NCBI GenBank assembly: GCA_965200965.1
Contig: OZ241744.1
Location: 2,112,001-2,176,000, forward strand
Origin: an uncultured Candidatus Binatia bacterium
GTDB lineage: Bacteria; Desulfobacterota; Binatia; Bin18
Length of the DNA stretch: 64,000 nt
Reading direction: 5' to 3'
Positions 8,996-18,999 of this stretch are shown piece after piece. The translations under genes were made by a program, and so were the position numbers. The notes beneath the pieces were generated by a model. That model saw nothing but the letters and a program-made list of their open reading frames with translations, was not told the DNA's origin and searched no databases. Position 1 is the stretch's first letter. Every line of letters starts with the position of its first letter.

Positions 8996-10195
8996 GTGGC
9001 AGAGAGACAAAAAGTAGTGCTGGCCTACAGCGGCGGGCTGGATACCTCGGTCATCCTGCGCTGGCTGATTGAGACCTACCGGTGTGAGGTTATCGCCTTC
9101 TGCGCCGACCTGGGGCAGGGCGAAGAACTCGACCCGGTTGAGGACAAGGCCAGACAGGTCGGGGCGAGCGCGATCCATATCGACGACCTGCGCGAAGAGT
9201 TTGTGCGCGATTTTGTGTTCCCCATGTTTCGGGCCAACGCCTTTTATGAGGGCGGCTACCTGCTCGGCACCTCAATCGCCCGGCCGCTGATCGCCAAGCG
9301 TCAGATCGAAATCGCCCGCCAGGAAGGCGCGGGGGCGGTTGCCCACGGCGCGACCGGCAAGGGCAACGACCAGGTGCGTTTTGAGCTGAGCTACTACGCG
9401 CTCGAGCCCCATATTCGGGTGATTGCGCCGTGGCGGGAATGGGAGATGAAGTCGCGCACCGAGCTGATCGCCTATGCCGAAAAATACGCCATCCCCATCA
9501 CCGTCAGCGCGGACAAGCCGTACAGTACCGACCGCAACCTGCTGCACATCAGCTTTGAGGGCGGTATGCTCGAAGACCCGTGGCAGGAACCCGGCGAGGA
9601 CATGTTTGTCCTGTCGGTATCGCCCGAGCGGGCACCGGATAGACCGGAGTATGTGGAGATCGACTTCGAGGCCGGCAACCCGACCGCGGTCAACGGCCAC
9701 ACCCTGTCGCCGGCCCGGCTGCTGGCCCGGCTCAACGAACTCGCCGGCAAACACGGCATCGGCCGGGTTGACCTGGTTGAAAACCGCTATGTCGGCATGA
9801 AATCGCGGGGCGTGTACGAAACCCCGGGCGGGACAATTCTGCACATCGCCCACGGGGCGGTTGAATCGCTGACGCTCGACCGGGAAGCGCTCCACCTGCG
9901 CGACTCACTCGTTCCGCGCTACGCCGAGATGGTCTACTACGGCTACTGGTTCGCCCCGGAGCGCGAGATGTTGCAGGCGGCCATTGACGAGTCGCAGACC
10001 AACGTCACCGGCACGGTCCGCCTCAAGCTGTATAAGGGCAACGTCATTGTTGTCGGTCGGCGCTCGGCCAAGACCCTCTACAACCCGGAGGTGGCGACCT
10101 TCGAGGCCGGCGGAGACTACCGCCAGGCCGATGCCGAGGGGTTTATCCGGATCAACGCCCTGCGGTTGCGGCTGCGGGCGCTGGCCCAGCGCTGA
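8996..10195 (+). CDS. argG: Argininosuccinate synthase
   Basis: [39 protein letters not shown]. Start GTG 8996 or 8978. Confidence 0.97.
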   Translation: MAERQKVVLAYSGGLDTSVILRWLIETYRCEVIAFCADLGQGEELDPVEDKARQVGASAIHIDDLREEFVRDFVFPMFRANAFYEGGYLLGTSIARPLIAKRQIEIARQEGAGAVAHGATGKGNDQVRFELSYYALEPHIRVIAPWREWEMKSRTELIAYAEKYAIPITVSADKPYSTDRNLLHISFEGGMLEDPWQEPGEDMFVLSVSPERAPDRPEYVEIDFEAGNPTAVNGHTLSPARLLARLNELAGKHGIGRVDLVENRYVGMKSRGVYETPGGTILHIAHGAVESLTLDREALHLRDSLVPRYAEMVYYGYWFAPEREMLQAAIDESQTNVTGTVRLKLYKGNVIVVGRRSAKTLYNPEVATFEAGGDYRQADAEGFIRINALRLRLRALAQR

Positions 10196-10213
10196 CACCG
10201 CCACCGGCCGGAT

Positions 10214-11599
10214 ATGAAGCACAAAGCACGGACCGCCACAAAAGCCTGGGCCGGACGCTTTGCCGGGGCGGCCGACCCGCGGATGGAGGCCTTCACCTCT
10301 TCGCTGGCCTTTGATCGGCGTTTGGCCCACTACGACATCCAGGGCAGCCAGGCGCACTGCCGGATGCTGGTCAAACAGAAGCTCTTAACCCGGGCCGAAG
10401 GCGAAAAAATCCGCAAAGGGCTGGAGCTGGTCGCGCGTGAGCTTGAGCAGGGCCGGTTTCCCTTTCTGGCCTCGGACGAAGATATCCACATGGCGGTTGA
10501 GCGCCGGCTGACCGAAAAAATCGGCAGCCTCGGCGGCAAGCTGCACACCGCCCGCAGCCGCAACGACCAAGTCGTGTTAGACCTCCGCCTGTATCTGCGC
10601 GAGGAAACCGGGACTGTCTGCCAACTGCTGACGGCCCTGCAAAAGCGCCTGGCCCGGCTGGCCAAACAGCACCGGGACGTGGTGATGCCGGGCTATACGC
10701 ATTTGCAGCGCGCCCAGCCGGTGCTGCTCGCCCACCACCTGCTGGCCTATTATGATATGCTGGACCGTGACGCCGCACGCGTACAGGAATGCCAGCACCG
10801 GCTCAATGTGCTGCCGCTCGGGGCCGGTGCCCTGGCCGGCACCAGCCTGCCGATTGACCGCGCCTATGTGGCCCGTCTGCTCGGCTTTGCCCGGGTCAGC
10901 GCAAACAGCCTCGATACCGTCGCCGACCGGGATTTCCTGCTTGAGTTTCTGGCGGTCAGCGCGATCATCGCCATGCACCTGAGCCGGTTTGCCGAGGAGT
11001 TGGTCCTGTGGGCCAGCAGTGAGTTTCAGTTTGTCGAGCTGCCCGACGCCTTTGCCACCGGCAGCTCAATGATGCCCCAGAAGAAGAACCCCGATGTACC
11101 CGAAATCATCCGGGGCAAGACGGGCAGGGTCTACGGCAACCTGTTTGCCCTGCTGACCACCCTCAAGGGCCTGCCCCTGGCCTATAACCGTGACCTCCAG
11201 GAAGACAAAGAACCGCTCTTTGATACGGTCGATACGGTCAAGGCCATGCTCAGCGTACTGGAGGCCATGCTCGGCCAGCTCGTGTTTCGGCCCGACCGGA
11301 TGCAGGCCGCGGCCCTGGGCGGCTTTACCCTGGCCACCGATGTGGCCGACTATCTGGTTGAAAAAGGCCTGCCGTTCAGAAAAGCCCACGACATTGTGGC
11401 CGGGGTCGTTCGTCGCTGCCTGGCCGACAACATTGGTCTGGAGCGGCTGCCGCTTGAAGAATGGCAGACCTTCTCACCGGCCTTCGGGCCGGACCTGCTG
11501 CCCCGGCTGAGCCTGGAGTCGGCGGTAGACCGCCGTCGCTCGGCCGGCGGCACCGCGCCGGCGAATGTCCATAAACGCTTACAGGAGCTTGGGGTCTGA
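10214..11599 (+). CDS. argH: Argininosuccinate lyase
   Basis: HTARSRNDQ, MPGYTHLQRAQP, GSSMMPQKKNPD, YNRDLQEDKE. Confidence 0.97.
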   Translation: MKHKARTATKAWAGRFAGAADPRMEAFTSSLAFDRRLAHYDIQGSQAHCRMLVKQKLLTRAEGEKIRKGLELVARELEQGRFPFLASDEDIHMAVERRLTEKIGSLGGKLHTARSRNDQVVLDLRLYLREETGTVCQLLTALQKRLARLAKQHRDVVMPGYTHLQRAQPVLLAHHLLAYYDMLDRDAARVQECQHRLNVLPLGAGALAGTSLPIDRAYVARLLGFARVSANSLDTVADRDFLLEFLAVSAIIAMHLSRFAEELVLWASSEFQFVELPDAFATGSSMMPQKKNPDVPEIIRGKTGRVYGNLFALLTTLKGLPLAYNRDLQEDKEPLFDTVDTVKAMLSVLEAMLGQLVFRPDRMQAAALGGFTLATDVADYLVEKGLPFRKAHDIVAGVVRRCLADNIGLERLPLEEWQTFSPAFGPDLLPRLSLESAVDRRRSAGGTAPANVHKRLQELGV

Positions 11600-11602
11600 C
11601 AG

Positions 11603-12082
11603 GTGAAGACACGCCACACCCTGGCAGGCGACATTTTCGGCCGCGGCGTCTGGACGCTCAGCCTGTGCCTCGTCTCCCTGGCTCTGGCCTGCGGGAACAA
11701 GACAGCGATCTATCCGCCCGAGTTCGTCGTCCCCCAGGCCATTGAAGACCTGCGGCTGACGGTCAGCCAGAGCGGCATTGAACTGCGCTGGAGCCGGCCC
11801 CGGACCTATGCCGACGGCCGCACAATGGACGATCTGGGCGGCTTTGTGGTGCTGCGCGCCGCCCAGCCCACCGGCGGCAGCCCGGCCGGGTTCAGCCCGC
11901 TGGTCACGATTCCGATCGCAGACCGCGCCCGGTTTCGCCGGACCCGACGCTTCCATTTTACCGACGAGCAGCTCAGGCCGGGAACCCGCTATCAGTACCG
12001 CATCCAGTCGTTTACAGTAGACGGTGACTCCAGTATCCCCTCAAACACGGTCCAGCACCTCTGGCAAAGGGAATCGGGCTGA
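11603..12082 (+). CDS. Lipoprotein with FN3-like domain
   Basis: Lipobox LALA-C followed by GNKTAIYPP; IELRWSRP and YQYRIQS...S-x-PSN FN3-like pattern. Confidence 0.7.
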   Translation: MKTRHTLAGDIFGRGVWTLSLCLVSLALACGNKTAIYPPEFVVPQAIEDLRLTVSQSGIELRWSRPRTYADGRTMDDLGGFVVLRAAQPTGGSPAGFSPLVTIPIADRARFRRTRRFHFTDEQLRPGTRYQYRIQSFTVDGDSSIPSNTVQHLWQRESG

Positions 12083-12129
12083 CAGGAAGGGACCAGCGGA
12101 CAACACGCTTGCCTTTGGGGAGCTTGGCG

Positions 12130-12966
12130 ATGCGACTGCCGTTTACCAAGATGCACGGGATCAGCAACGATTATGTGTATGTGAATACCTTCTCGACCCC
12201 GGTGACCGACCCCGCCGGTCTGGCCCGGCGGCTGAGCGAGCGACGGACCGGCATTGGGGGCGACGGCCTGATCCTGATCTGTCCCTCAGCCACCGCCCAC
12301 GCCCGCATGGAGATGTACAACGCCGACGGCAGCCGGGGGGCGATGTGCGGCAACGGGATCCGGTGTGTGGGCAAATACGTCTACGAGCACGGCCTGTCCC
12401 ACGCCAACCCCCTGCGCATTGAGACCGACTCCGGCCTCAAAGTCCTCTTTCTGGAGCTTGACAACAGGGCTGTCGCCCGGGTGACGGTCGATATGGGCGA
12501 GCCGATCCTCGACGGTCGCCAGATTCCGCTGGCCCGCCCCGGCCGGATGATCGACCAGCCCCTGACGGTTGACGGGACCGCCTACCAGGTCACCTGCGTG
12601 TCCGTGGGCAACCCCCACTGTGTGACCTTTGTTGAGGATGTCGCGCCCCTGGCCCTGGAAACGCTCGGACCCCGGTTTGAGCATCACCCCCTCTTCCCCG
12701 ACCGGGTCAATACCGAGTTCATCCAGGTGCTCGGTCCCACCGAGTTGACCATGCGGGTCTGGGAGCGCGGGTCTGGAGAGACCTGGGCATGCGGTACCGG
12801 GGCCTGCGCGGCCGCGGTTGCCGCCACCCTCACCAGGCGGGCCGAGCGGCGGGTCACCGTCCATCTCCGGGGCGGAGACCTGGACATTGACTGGCGGGCA
12901 GACGACAGCCATGTCTATATGATCGGTGCTGCCGAAGAAGTGTTTGAGGGTACAATTGAGGTCTAG
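12130..12966 (+). CDS. dapF: Diaminopimelate epimerase
   Basis: FTKMHGISNDY, MCGNGIRC, GNPHCV, RVWERGSGETWACGTG. Confidence 0.96.
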   Translation: MRLPFTKMHGISNDYVYVNTFSTPVTDPAGLARRLSERRTGIGGDGLILICPSATAHARMEMYNADGSRGAMCGNGIRCVGKYVYEHGLSHANPLRIETDSGLKVLFLELDNRAVARVTVDMGEPILDGRQIPLARPGRMIDQPLTVDGTAYQVTCVSVGNPHCVTFVEDVAPLALETLGPRFEHHPLFPDRVNTEFIQVLGPTELTMRVWERGSGETWACGTGACAAAVAATLTRRAERRVTVHLRGGDLDIDWRADDSHVYMIGAAEEVFEGTIEV

Positions 12967-12987
12967 GACCACACATGTGGAGGCTTT

Positions 12988-13887
12988 ATGTTTGCAGGCT
13001 CATTTGTCGCACAGGTAACGCCCTTCAGGAACGGCCGGGTTGACGAGCCGGCGCTGGCCGAACTGATTGAATGGCAGCTCACGAGCGGGACGCACGGTAT
13101 TGTGCCGTGCGGCACAACCGGCGAATCGGCCACTCTGTCGCACGAAGAACATACCCGGGTGGTCAGACTGACGGTCGATGTCGTCAACGGGCGGGTGCCG
13201 GTTCTTGCCGGCACAGGCTCCAACTCCACCGCGGAAGCGATCCGCCTGACCGGCGAAGCCCGGGAGGCCGGGGCCGACGGGGCGCTGATGATCTCGCCCT
13301 ACTATAACCGACCCACCCAGGAAGGGATCTATCAGCACTACAGAGCCGTCGCCGAGGCCGTGCCCGGCTTTCCGATCGTGTTTTACAATATCCCGGGCCG
13401 TACCGGCTCAAACATCGAGCCGGCAACTATGGCCCGTCTGGCCGAATTCGACAATATCGTCGGGGTCAAAGAAGCCACCGGCTCTATCGACCAGATCATC
13501 AACATCCGCCTCGCGTGCGGGGACAGGCTCGCCGTGCTGTCCGGCGAAGACAGCCTGACCTTCTCCATGATGGCGCTGGGCGGCACGGGCGTCATCAGCA
13601 CGGTTGCCAACATCGCGCCCGGGCAAATGGCCGCGCTCGTCAACGCCGGCCTGGCCAGGGACTGGGACACGGCCGCGGCCCTGCAACTCAAACTGGTGCC
13701 GCTCATCCGGGCGGTCTTTCTCGAAACCAACCCCATTCCAATCAAAACCGCCCTGGCTCTGATGGGCAAGTGCGAGCTGGAACTGCGCCTGCCCCTGGTG
13801 CCAATGGACGAGGACAAGCTGGCCAGGCTGAGCGCGGCCTTGAGAGACGCCGGCTGTCTGGCCCACGCGGGGAGGACACGCGCATGA
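12988..13887 (+). CDS. dapA: 4-hydroxy-tetrahydrodipicolinate synthase
   Basis: GTTGESATL, YNIPGRTG, GVKEATG, ETNPIPIK. Confidence 0.96.
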   Translation: MFAGSFVAQVTPFRNGRVDEPALAELIEWQLTSGTHGIVPCGTTGESATLSHEEHTRVVRLTVDVVNGRVPVLAGTGSNSTAEAIRLTGEAREAGADGALMISPYYNRPTQEGIYQHYRAVAEAVPGFPIVFYNIPGRTGSNIEPATMARLAEFDNIVGVKEATGSIDQIINIRLACGDRLAVLSGEDSLTFSMMALGGTGVISTVANIAPGQMAALVNAGLARDWDTAAALQLKLVPLIRAVFLETNPIPIKTALALMGKCELELRLPLVPMDEDKLARLSAALRDAGCLAHAGRTRA

Positions 13888-14687
13888 CGGCCAATGTCAT
13901 TGTCTGCGGCGCAGCCGGGCGCATGGGCCGGCTGCTGCTCGGCCTCATCCATGACCACCCCGGGCTGCGGCTGGTTGGCGCGGTTGAGGCCGCCGGCCAC
14001 CCCGCGGTCGGCAGCGACGCCGGCACGGTGGCCGGGCTGGGGCCGCTGGGGGTCAGCCTGGTTGACGATTACGCCGCGGTCGCCCGACCCGACACGGTGG
14101 CCCTGGACTTCACCGTTGCCGATGCGGCCCTGGCCCATTTGCGGACCGCGGCGGCGACCGGTGCGGCGATTGCGATTGGCACCACCGGCCTGTCGACCGA
14201 ACAGCGCGCCGAAGCCGAACAGCTCGCCCCCCGGACGCGGACGATTATCGCGCCCAATATGAGCGTGGGGGTCAATGTCCTGCTCAAGCTGGTCTCGGAC
14301 GCGGCACGCCTCCTGCAAGACGGCTTTGATGCCGAACTCATTGAACTCCACCACCGCTATAAAATTGACGCTCCAAGCGGCACAGCCCTGGCCTTAGGCC
14401 GGGCAATCGCCGGGGCGCAGGGCCAGGATTTTGACCGCCAGGGGCGTTTCAGCCGGCACGGCCTCACCGGCCAACGCGGCGATGAGGAGATCGGCGTGCA
14501 GACCCTGCGCGGGGGCGACGCGGTCGGCGACCATACCGTGCTGTTTGTCGGCTTTGGCGAGCGGCTGGAACTGACCCACCGCGCTCAGAGCCGGGAGTGT
14601 CTGGCGCGCGGTGCGCTGCGCGCCGCGGCTTGGCTGCCCGACCAGGCCCCGGGCCTGTACACCATGAAGGATGTACTCGGGCTGTAG
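13884..14687 (+). CDS. dapB: 4-hydroxy-tetrahydrodipicolinate reductase
   Basis: GAAGRMG, GTTG, ELHHRYKIDAPSGTA; ATG 13884 overlaps the dapA stop, with a GGAGG SD. Confidence 0.96.
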   Translation: MTANVIVCGAAGRMGRLLLGLIHDHPGLRLVGAVEAAGHPAVGSDAGTVAGLGPLGVSLVDDYAAVARPDTVALDFTVADAALAHLRTAAATGAAIAIGTTGLSTEQRAEAEQLAPRTRTIIAPNMSVGVNVLLKLVSDAARLLQDGFDAELIELHHRYKIDAPSGTALALGRAIAGAQGQDFDRQGRFSRHGLTGQRGDEEIGVQTLRGGDAVGDHTVLFVGFGERLELTHRAQSRECLARGALRAAAWLPDQAPGLYTMKDVLGL

Positions 14688-14693
14688 GCGGTG

Positions 14694-15482
14694 TCATCTG
14701 CCCTGGAACCGGGGCGGCCGTTTTTCCACAAAAGCCGCCACCGCCTCCTTATGGTCCCGGGTCTTGAACAGGGACGCAAGGCCAAGGGTCTCGGTCTGGA
14801 CCGCGGCGTCAAAGTCATTTTCAGCCCCCTGTTGCAAGGCCCGTTTGGAGACGGCCAGGGCCAGCGGCGGCAGAGACGCCATCTCCGCGGCCATCTCCCG
14901 CGCCGCGGCCATCAGGCCCGCAGCCGGCACAGTACGGTTGACCAGCCCCATGTCGAGCGCCTCCCGGGCCGGGACCATCCGTGCCGTGCAGACCAGTTCC
15001 AGGGCTCTGGACAGCCCGATCAGCCGGGGCAGCATGAAGGTTGAGCCCAGCTCGGGCATCAGCCCCATCCGGGTAAAAATCGCCCCCAGGCTGGCCTCCT
15101 GGGCCATGATGCGGATGTCCTGGATCAGGGTCAGGGTCAGCCCGATCCCGACCGCCACGCCGTTAATGACGGCCACGGTCGGCTTGGGGCAGTTGCGGAT
15201 CGCGTACTGGAGGCCGGTCCGGGGATGGGCAATCGCCCCGCCCTGCTCCCGCTCATCACCAGCCTGCTGAAACACCCCGCGGATATCCGCCCCGGCGCAG
15301 AAGCCGCGGCCCGCGCCGGTCATCAGAATCACCCGGACATCGCCACGTTTGCCCAGCGACTCGTAGGCGTGGGTCAGCTCATCGCCCATCAGGGTGGTGT
15401 AGGCGTTGAGTTTCCGGGGCCGGTTGAGCGTGACGGTGGCAATCGCGTCGTGGACCTCAAGGTGGATATCTTTGTATTCCAT
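14694..15482 (-). CDS. Enoyl-CoA hydratase/isomerase (crotonase) family
   Basis: TLNRPRKLNA, GRGFCAGAD, AVINGVAVGIG, AFVEKRPPRF. Confidence 0.92.
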   Translation of the reverse strand: MEYKDIHLEVHDAIATVTLNRPRKLNAYTTLMGDELTHAYESLGKRGDVRVILMTGAGRGFCAGADIRGVFQQAGDEREQGGAIAHPRTGLQYAIRNCPKPTVAVINGVAVGIGLTLTLIQDIRIMAQEASLGAIFTRMGLMPELGSTFMLPRLIGLSRALELVCTARMVPAREALDMGLVNRTVPAAGLMAAAREMAAEMASLPPLALAVSKRALQQGAENDFDAAVQTETLGLASLFKTRDHKEAVAAFVEKRPPRFQGR

Positions 15483-15629
15483 ACGCGCCTTTCAGCCTGA
15501 CAGATTGAGCCCACAGGCTAGCCCATTCCGCGCCACAGGCCAAGCGGGTTTTGTCTTGACACTCCATACTGAACCGGAATAGGACTGGCCGGACAGTGAA
15601 GCCGTATCTGACCGGACCGTGGAGGGGGC

Positions 15630-16724
15630 GTGCAACTGTTGCGCGAGGGATACAGTGAGTGTCTGTTTTTGCTGACCGATGAGCGCTGGGGCACGATCGT
15701 CCGCAAACAGACCAAGCCTGAGGGTGGCGGCAGCCTGCCGGCCGAGATCGCCTGGCTCGAAGACCTGCCGCCGGCCGTCCAGCGCTATTTCCCGCGGGTC
15801 CTGCGCAGCCGCAAACACGCCGGGAACGGCCATCCGGTCTTCTATGACATGCCGTATTTTGGCGAGGGCTGGGCGGTGTTGTCCGATCTCATCCTGAGCC
15901 AGCGGCTCGACCGTGGCCGGGAGCTGGCCTTGATCGGCCATGTCCTGCACATCATGTTCAGGGAGATTTTTTCAGTCACCTATCCCCAGGAAACCGCGAC
16001 CTACCCGGACAGGCTCGTCGGCCTGCTTGAGCGCTGCGCCTGGCGGCTGTCTGCCCTGCCGGCGTTTGCCCGGCTCATGGCCGCTCCGAGCATCACCCTG
16101 AACGGTACCCGCCTAGCCAATGTTTTTCCGCTTGTGGAGACCATCAAGGCCAGGGCCGCCCTGCGCCGGCAGCTCCGGCCGCCGATCGTCCGCAAGGTCC
16201 ACGGCGACCTGCACCCGGATAATATCCTGGTCTACGGTCCGAGCATCGGCCAGCCCTGCCCGCGGCTCGTGCTGCTCGACCCCCTGGCCCCGCTGGGGAT
16301 TGGCCGGGGCGATGTTGCGATGGATATTGCCAAGCTCGGCAGTTGGCTGTCGGCCGAACTGTCAGCCCTGCGGCTGGGCCTGTTCTCGCTTGTGCCGGAA
16401 CACGACGACCCGCACGCCACCCCGGCTTTTCGCTTCAGCCTCCACACCCACGCCCGCCAACTCCGGACCCTCGGCGACCGGGTCCTGCTGCGCCAGCTCG
16501 CGCGGCTGCTCAACACCGCCCCCTGGGCGCGCCCGGTCTGCGAACTGAACCGCAACTGGCAACAACGCGAGCGTTTTTACAAGGCGCTGTACGCCTTGAG
16601 CATGGCACCGATCGTGCCCGCGCCCCAGAACCTGGCCCGCCTGTTGACCGGCCTGCGGCATCTGCACGACTTTGTGTCGCTTACAGGCGGCCCAGAGCCG
16701 GGGGTGAGGGCCGCGGCCGGCTAG
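15630..16724 (+). CDS. APH/choline-kinase-like phosphotransferase
   Basis: VRK...EIAWL N-lobe, HGDLHPDNIL catalytic loop, LLDP, DIAKL. Confidence 0.7.
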   Translation: MQLLREGYSECLFLLTDERWGTIVRKQTKPEGGGSLPAEIAWLEDLPPAVQRYFPRVLRSRKHAGNGHPVFYDMPYFGEGWAVLSDLILSQRLDRGRELALIGHVLHIMFREIFSVTYPQETATYPDRLVGLLERCAWRLSALPAFARLMAAPSITLNGTRLANVFPLVETIKARAALRRQLRPPIVRKVHGDLHPDNILVYGPSIGQPCPRLVLLDPLAPLGIGRGDVAMDIAKLGSWLSAELSALRLGLFSLVPEHDDPHATPAFRFSLHTHARQLRTLGDRVLLRQLARLLNTAPWARPVCELNRNWQQRERFYKALYALSMAPIVPAPQNLARLLTGLRHLHDFVSLTGGPEPGVRAAAG

Positions 16725-17578
16725 CGCGGACCGGCAAACTCAGACGCCGGGTCGCCGGCTATTCGGGCGTGGTACATCACCCGCGCTTCGGTCATATCCC
16801 ACGCGCAGGAGCGGTGCAGCAGGCGGCGGTTGTCCCACACGACCGCGTCGCCTGCGGTCCAGCGGTGGTGATAGACGCGGGGCGGCTGGCAGGTGTGGTC
16901 TACCAGGGCCTGGAGGAGTGCTTCGGATGCGGCCGGGTCCATGCCAGGAATGCCGTAGGCGTGGCGGCCGATCAGCAGCGACTTCCGCCCGGTCTCGGGG
17001 TGCGTTTTGACCAGGGGTCTGAGCGGGGGGTCTGTGACATCCAGGCCATAGCCGTTGTAATCGCCGTCCGCGGTGGGCGTGAAGCCGGCCTTGCGCTGTG
17101 AATAGCGCAGGGAATGACGGGCCGACAGCGTGGCGATGTGCTCTTTCGTGGCGTTGTCAAGGGCCTCATAGCCGGCCCGCAGGTCAGCCCAGCCGGTTTC
17201 GCCACGCGACGACGGCACCACATGGGCGGTAAACACCGCCCCCTTGGCCTGCACGGGCATATAGGTGCTGTCGCAGTGCCAGCCCATGTTGCCCTTGAGC
17301 ACCTGAATGATGCTGTCCGAGTTGTCTTCGATCCGAACGCTGCCATCTTTTTTCACGTTGCTGATCGCCACAAGGTCAAACTCCAGCTCACCGAAGCGGG
17401 TAGCAAACTCGAGCTGCTGTTCATGCGACAGGTGCTGGCCCGGGAAAATGAGCAGCGCATATTCGAGCCAGGTGGCGTACAGCCGGCTGAAGGATGGCTC
17501 ATCAAGGTCGGCGAGCTTCAGCCCGGTCACGACCGCCCCAAAGCTGGCATCAAGAGGTTCAACATGAAAATCGCTCAT
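16721..17578 (-). CDS. TauD/TfdA Fe(II)/2-oxoglutarate dioxygenase
   Basis: WHCDSTY (HxD), PLVKTHPETGR, VWDNRRLLHR. Confidence 0.93.
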   Translation of the reverse strand: MSDFHVEPLDASFGAVVTGLKLADLDEPSFSRLYATWLEYALLIFPGQHLSHEQQLEFATRFGELEFDLVAISNVKKDGSVRIEDNSDSIIQVLKGNMGWHCDSTYMPVQAKGAVFTAHVVPSSRGETGWADLRAGYEALDNATKEHIATLSARHSLRYSQRKAGFTPTADGDYNGYGLDVTDPPLRPLVKTHPETGRKSLLIGRHAYGIPGMDPAASEALLQALVDHTCQPPRVYHHRWTAGDAVVWDNRRLLHRSCAWDMTEARVMYHARIAGDPASEFAGPR

Positions 17579-17769
17579 CGCTATGCTCCCCGTGTGCTGG
17601 TCAGGACTGCCCCAGCGTGACGGGCAAAAGGAGGGCTGTCAATCCGTCTGAGAAGCCACACAACCCACAGGTGGATTCTGCCCCCGGGGCCGGGTCAAGC
17701 CGTAGTCTTGACAGGCCGGACGCCCATCAGGTAGGCAGAAGCCTCTGAGGAAAGAGGAAGGACGCTGCT

Positions 17770-18228
17770 ATGGACGATGCTCCTGTGGACGCCCGCACAG
17801 TGGCAGAAGCGGTGTTATGGATTCGGCGTGACGTTCAGACCACGCCGATGCACATCATCAAGCTGGTCTATCTGAGTCACGGATGGATGTTGGGGCTGTA
17901 TGATACCCCGCTGTTATGGGAGCCGGTTGAGGCCTGGCAGTACGGGCCGGTCGTTCCGAGCGTGTATCATCTCTACAAGGGATGGGGGGGCGCACCCATC
18001 ACCGCTGTTCCTGTTGACCGCTCCGCGGACCTGAGCGAGCGACAACGTGAGGTCATTGAGGAGGTGGAACAGGCGTACCACGAGTACACGGCCTTGCAAC
18101 TCTCCAACATCACACACAAGCCGGGCAGCCCGTGGGACAGTGTGTGCAGGCAATCGGGGATTGGGGCTATTATTCCCAACGAAGTGTTACGCGAGTATTA
18201 CCGTCGCCTCGCCGAGCAGGCTGCATGA
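17770..18228 (+). CDS. Panacea (DUF4065/SocA-like) antitoxin 1
   Basis: IIKLVYLSHGW, EAWQYGPVVPSVY, LSNITHKPGSPW, IPNEVLREYY. Confidence 0.9.
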   Translation: MDDAPVDARTVAEAVLWIRRDVQTTPMHIIKLVYLSHGWMLGLYDTPLLWEPVEAWQYGPVVPSVYHLYKGWGGAPITAVPVDRSADLSERQREVIEEVEQAYHEYTALQLSNITHKPGSPWDSVCRQSGIGAIIPNEVLREYYRRLAEQAA

Positions 18229-18280
18229 GCCGCAAGCCGGCGATCCGCCCTGAACCGGCAAGTGGAGCCGCTGACCACAA

Positions 18281-18382
18281 GGAGGGCTGTCAATCCGTTG
18301 GCGGTATGCTACGCTCGCACCATGAAGGAATTGAAGCGCGCAGAGCGTCGTATGAAGGAGGACATGGCTAGAAAGAATCCGC
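18281..18382 (+). repeat. 102-bp direct repeat copy 1 (toxin C-terminus/XRE-antitoxin N-terminus junction)
   Basis: 6 mismatches by eye versus 19000-19101; encodes TMKELKRAERRMKEDMARKNP. Confidence 0.92.
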
Positions 18383-18507
18383 GCCTCGGATCAACGCTTG
18401 AAAGCCTGCTCCGGGAGGACGGCAGCTATGCAGACACGAAGAATCAGGCGATCAAGGCCGTCCTGGCTTACAAGCTGGCGGAAGCAAAGGATCACAGGCC
18501 GGAGTAG
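18322..18507 (+). pseudogene. Remnant of a Gp49/HigB-type toxin end plus truncated XRE antitoxin
   Basis: ELKRAERRMKE, then MARKNPRLGSTLESLLREDG...AIKAVLAYKLAEA, cut off by the convergent Panacea gene before the HTH. Confidence 0.6.
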
Positions 18508-18926
18508 TATTCTGCCATGTCGGCGTAGCGGATCACCGCGTTTCCCCGCTCGCCGGCAGCAAGGCGATGTCGTGTCCGCGTCTTGCGCCAGGGCTGTTCC
18601 ATGTGGCTCAGATCGCTTAACCACTGCGAAGATTTGTCACCGTAGTAGGCCAGGACCGCATCAACCGTGTCACGCTGTTCGCGGTTGAGCTTTCGAGAGA
18701 ACCCGCCGCCTATCCGCGACACGCGGTACCGGCCACTGTGCGCGTCGTAGAGCTTGCGGACGACAGGACCGTTGGCCCAGGCTTCAATCCGCTCGCTGAA
18801 CAAGGGTTTGTCGTCCCACACCAGCGACCACGCCTGCGCGTAGTACACGAGTTTCTGCAACTTCATCGCAGTCATGGGCCCAGACTTCAGCAGGATGTAG
18901 GCGGCCACATCCAATACACTGACCAC
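18492..18926 (-). CDS. Panacea (DUF4065/SocA-like) antitoxin 2
   Basis: MKLQKLVYYAQAW, EAWANGPVV, LSDLSHMEQPW, MAEYY; AGGAGG SD. Confidence 0.92.
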   Translation of the reverse strand: MVSVLDVAAYILLKSGPMTAMKLQKLVYYAQAWSLVWDDKPLFSERIEAWANGPVVRKLYDAHSGRYRVSRIGGGFSRKLNREQRDTVDAVLAYYGDKSSQWLSDLSHMEQPWRKTRTRHRLAAGERGNAVIRYADMAEYYSGL

Positions 18927-18999
18927 GGCTTCCTCCTTTGCTCAGCCCTCAACAATCATGGACGCGGGTCATGTGTCAACGCAGCGGGAATCAAGACAT

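Noticed and set aside
8870-9178. N-terminal extension of the MTase ORF
   Set aside because: It crosses the island boundary and is antisense to argG.
13515-13883. N-terminal extension of dapB in the ORF track
   Set aside because: It overlaps dapA out of frame; the real start is the coupled ATG at 13884.
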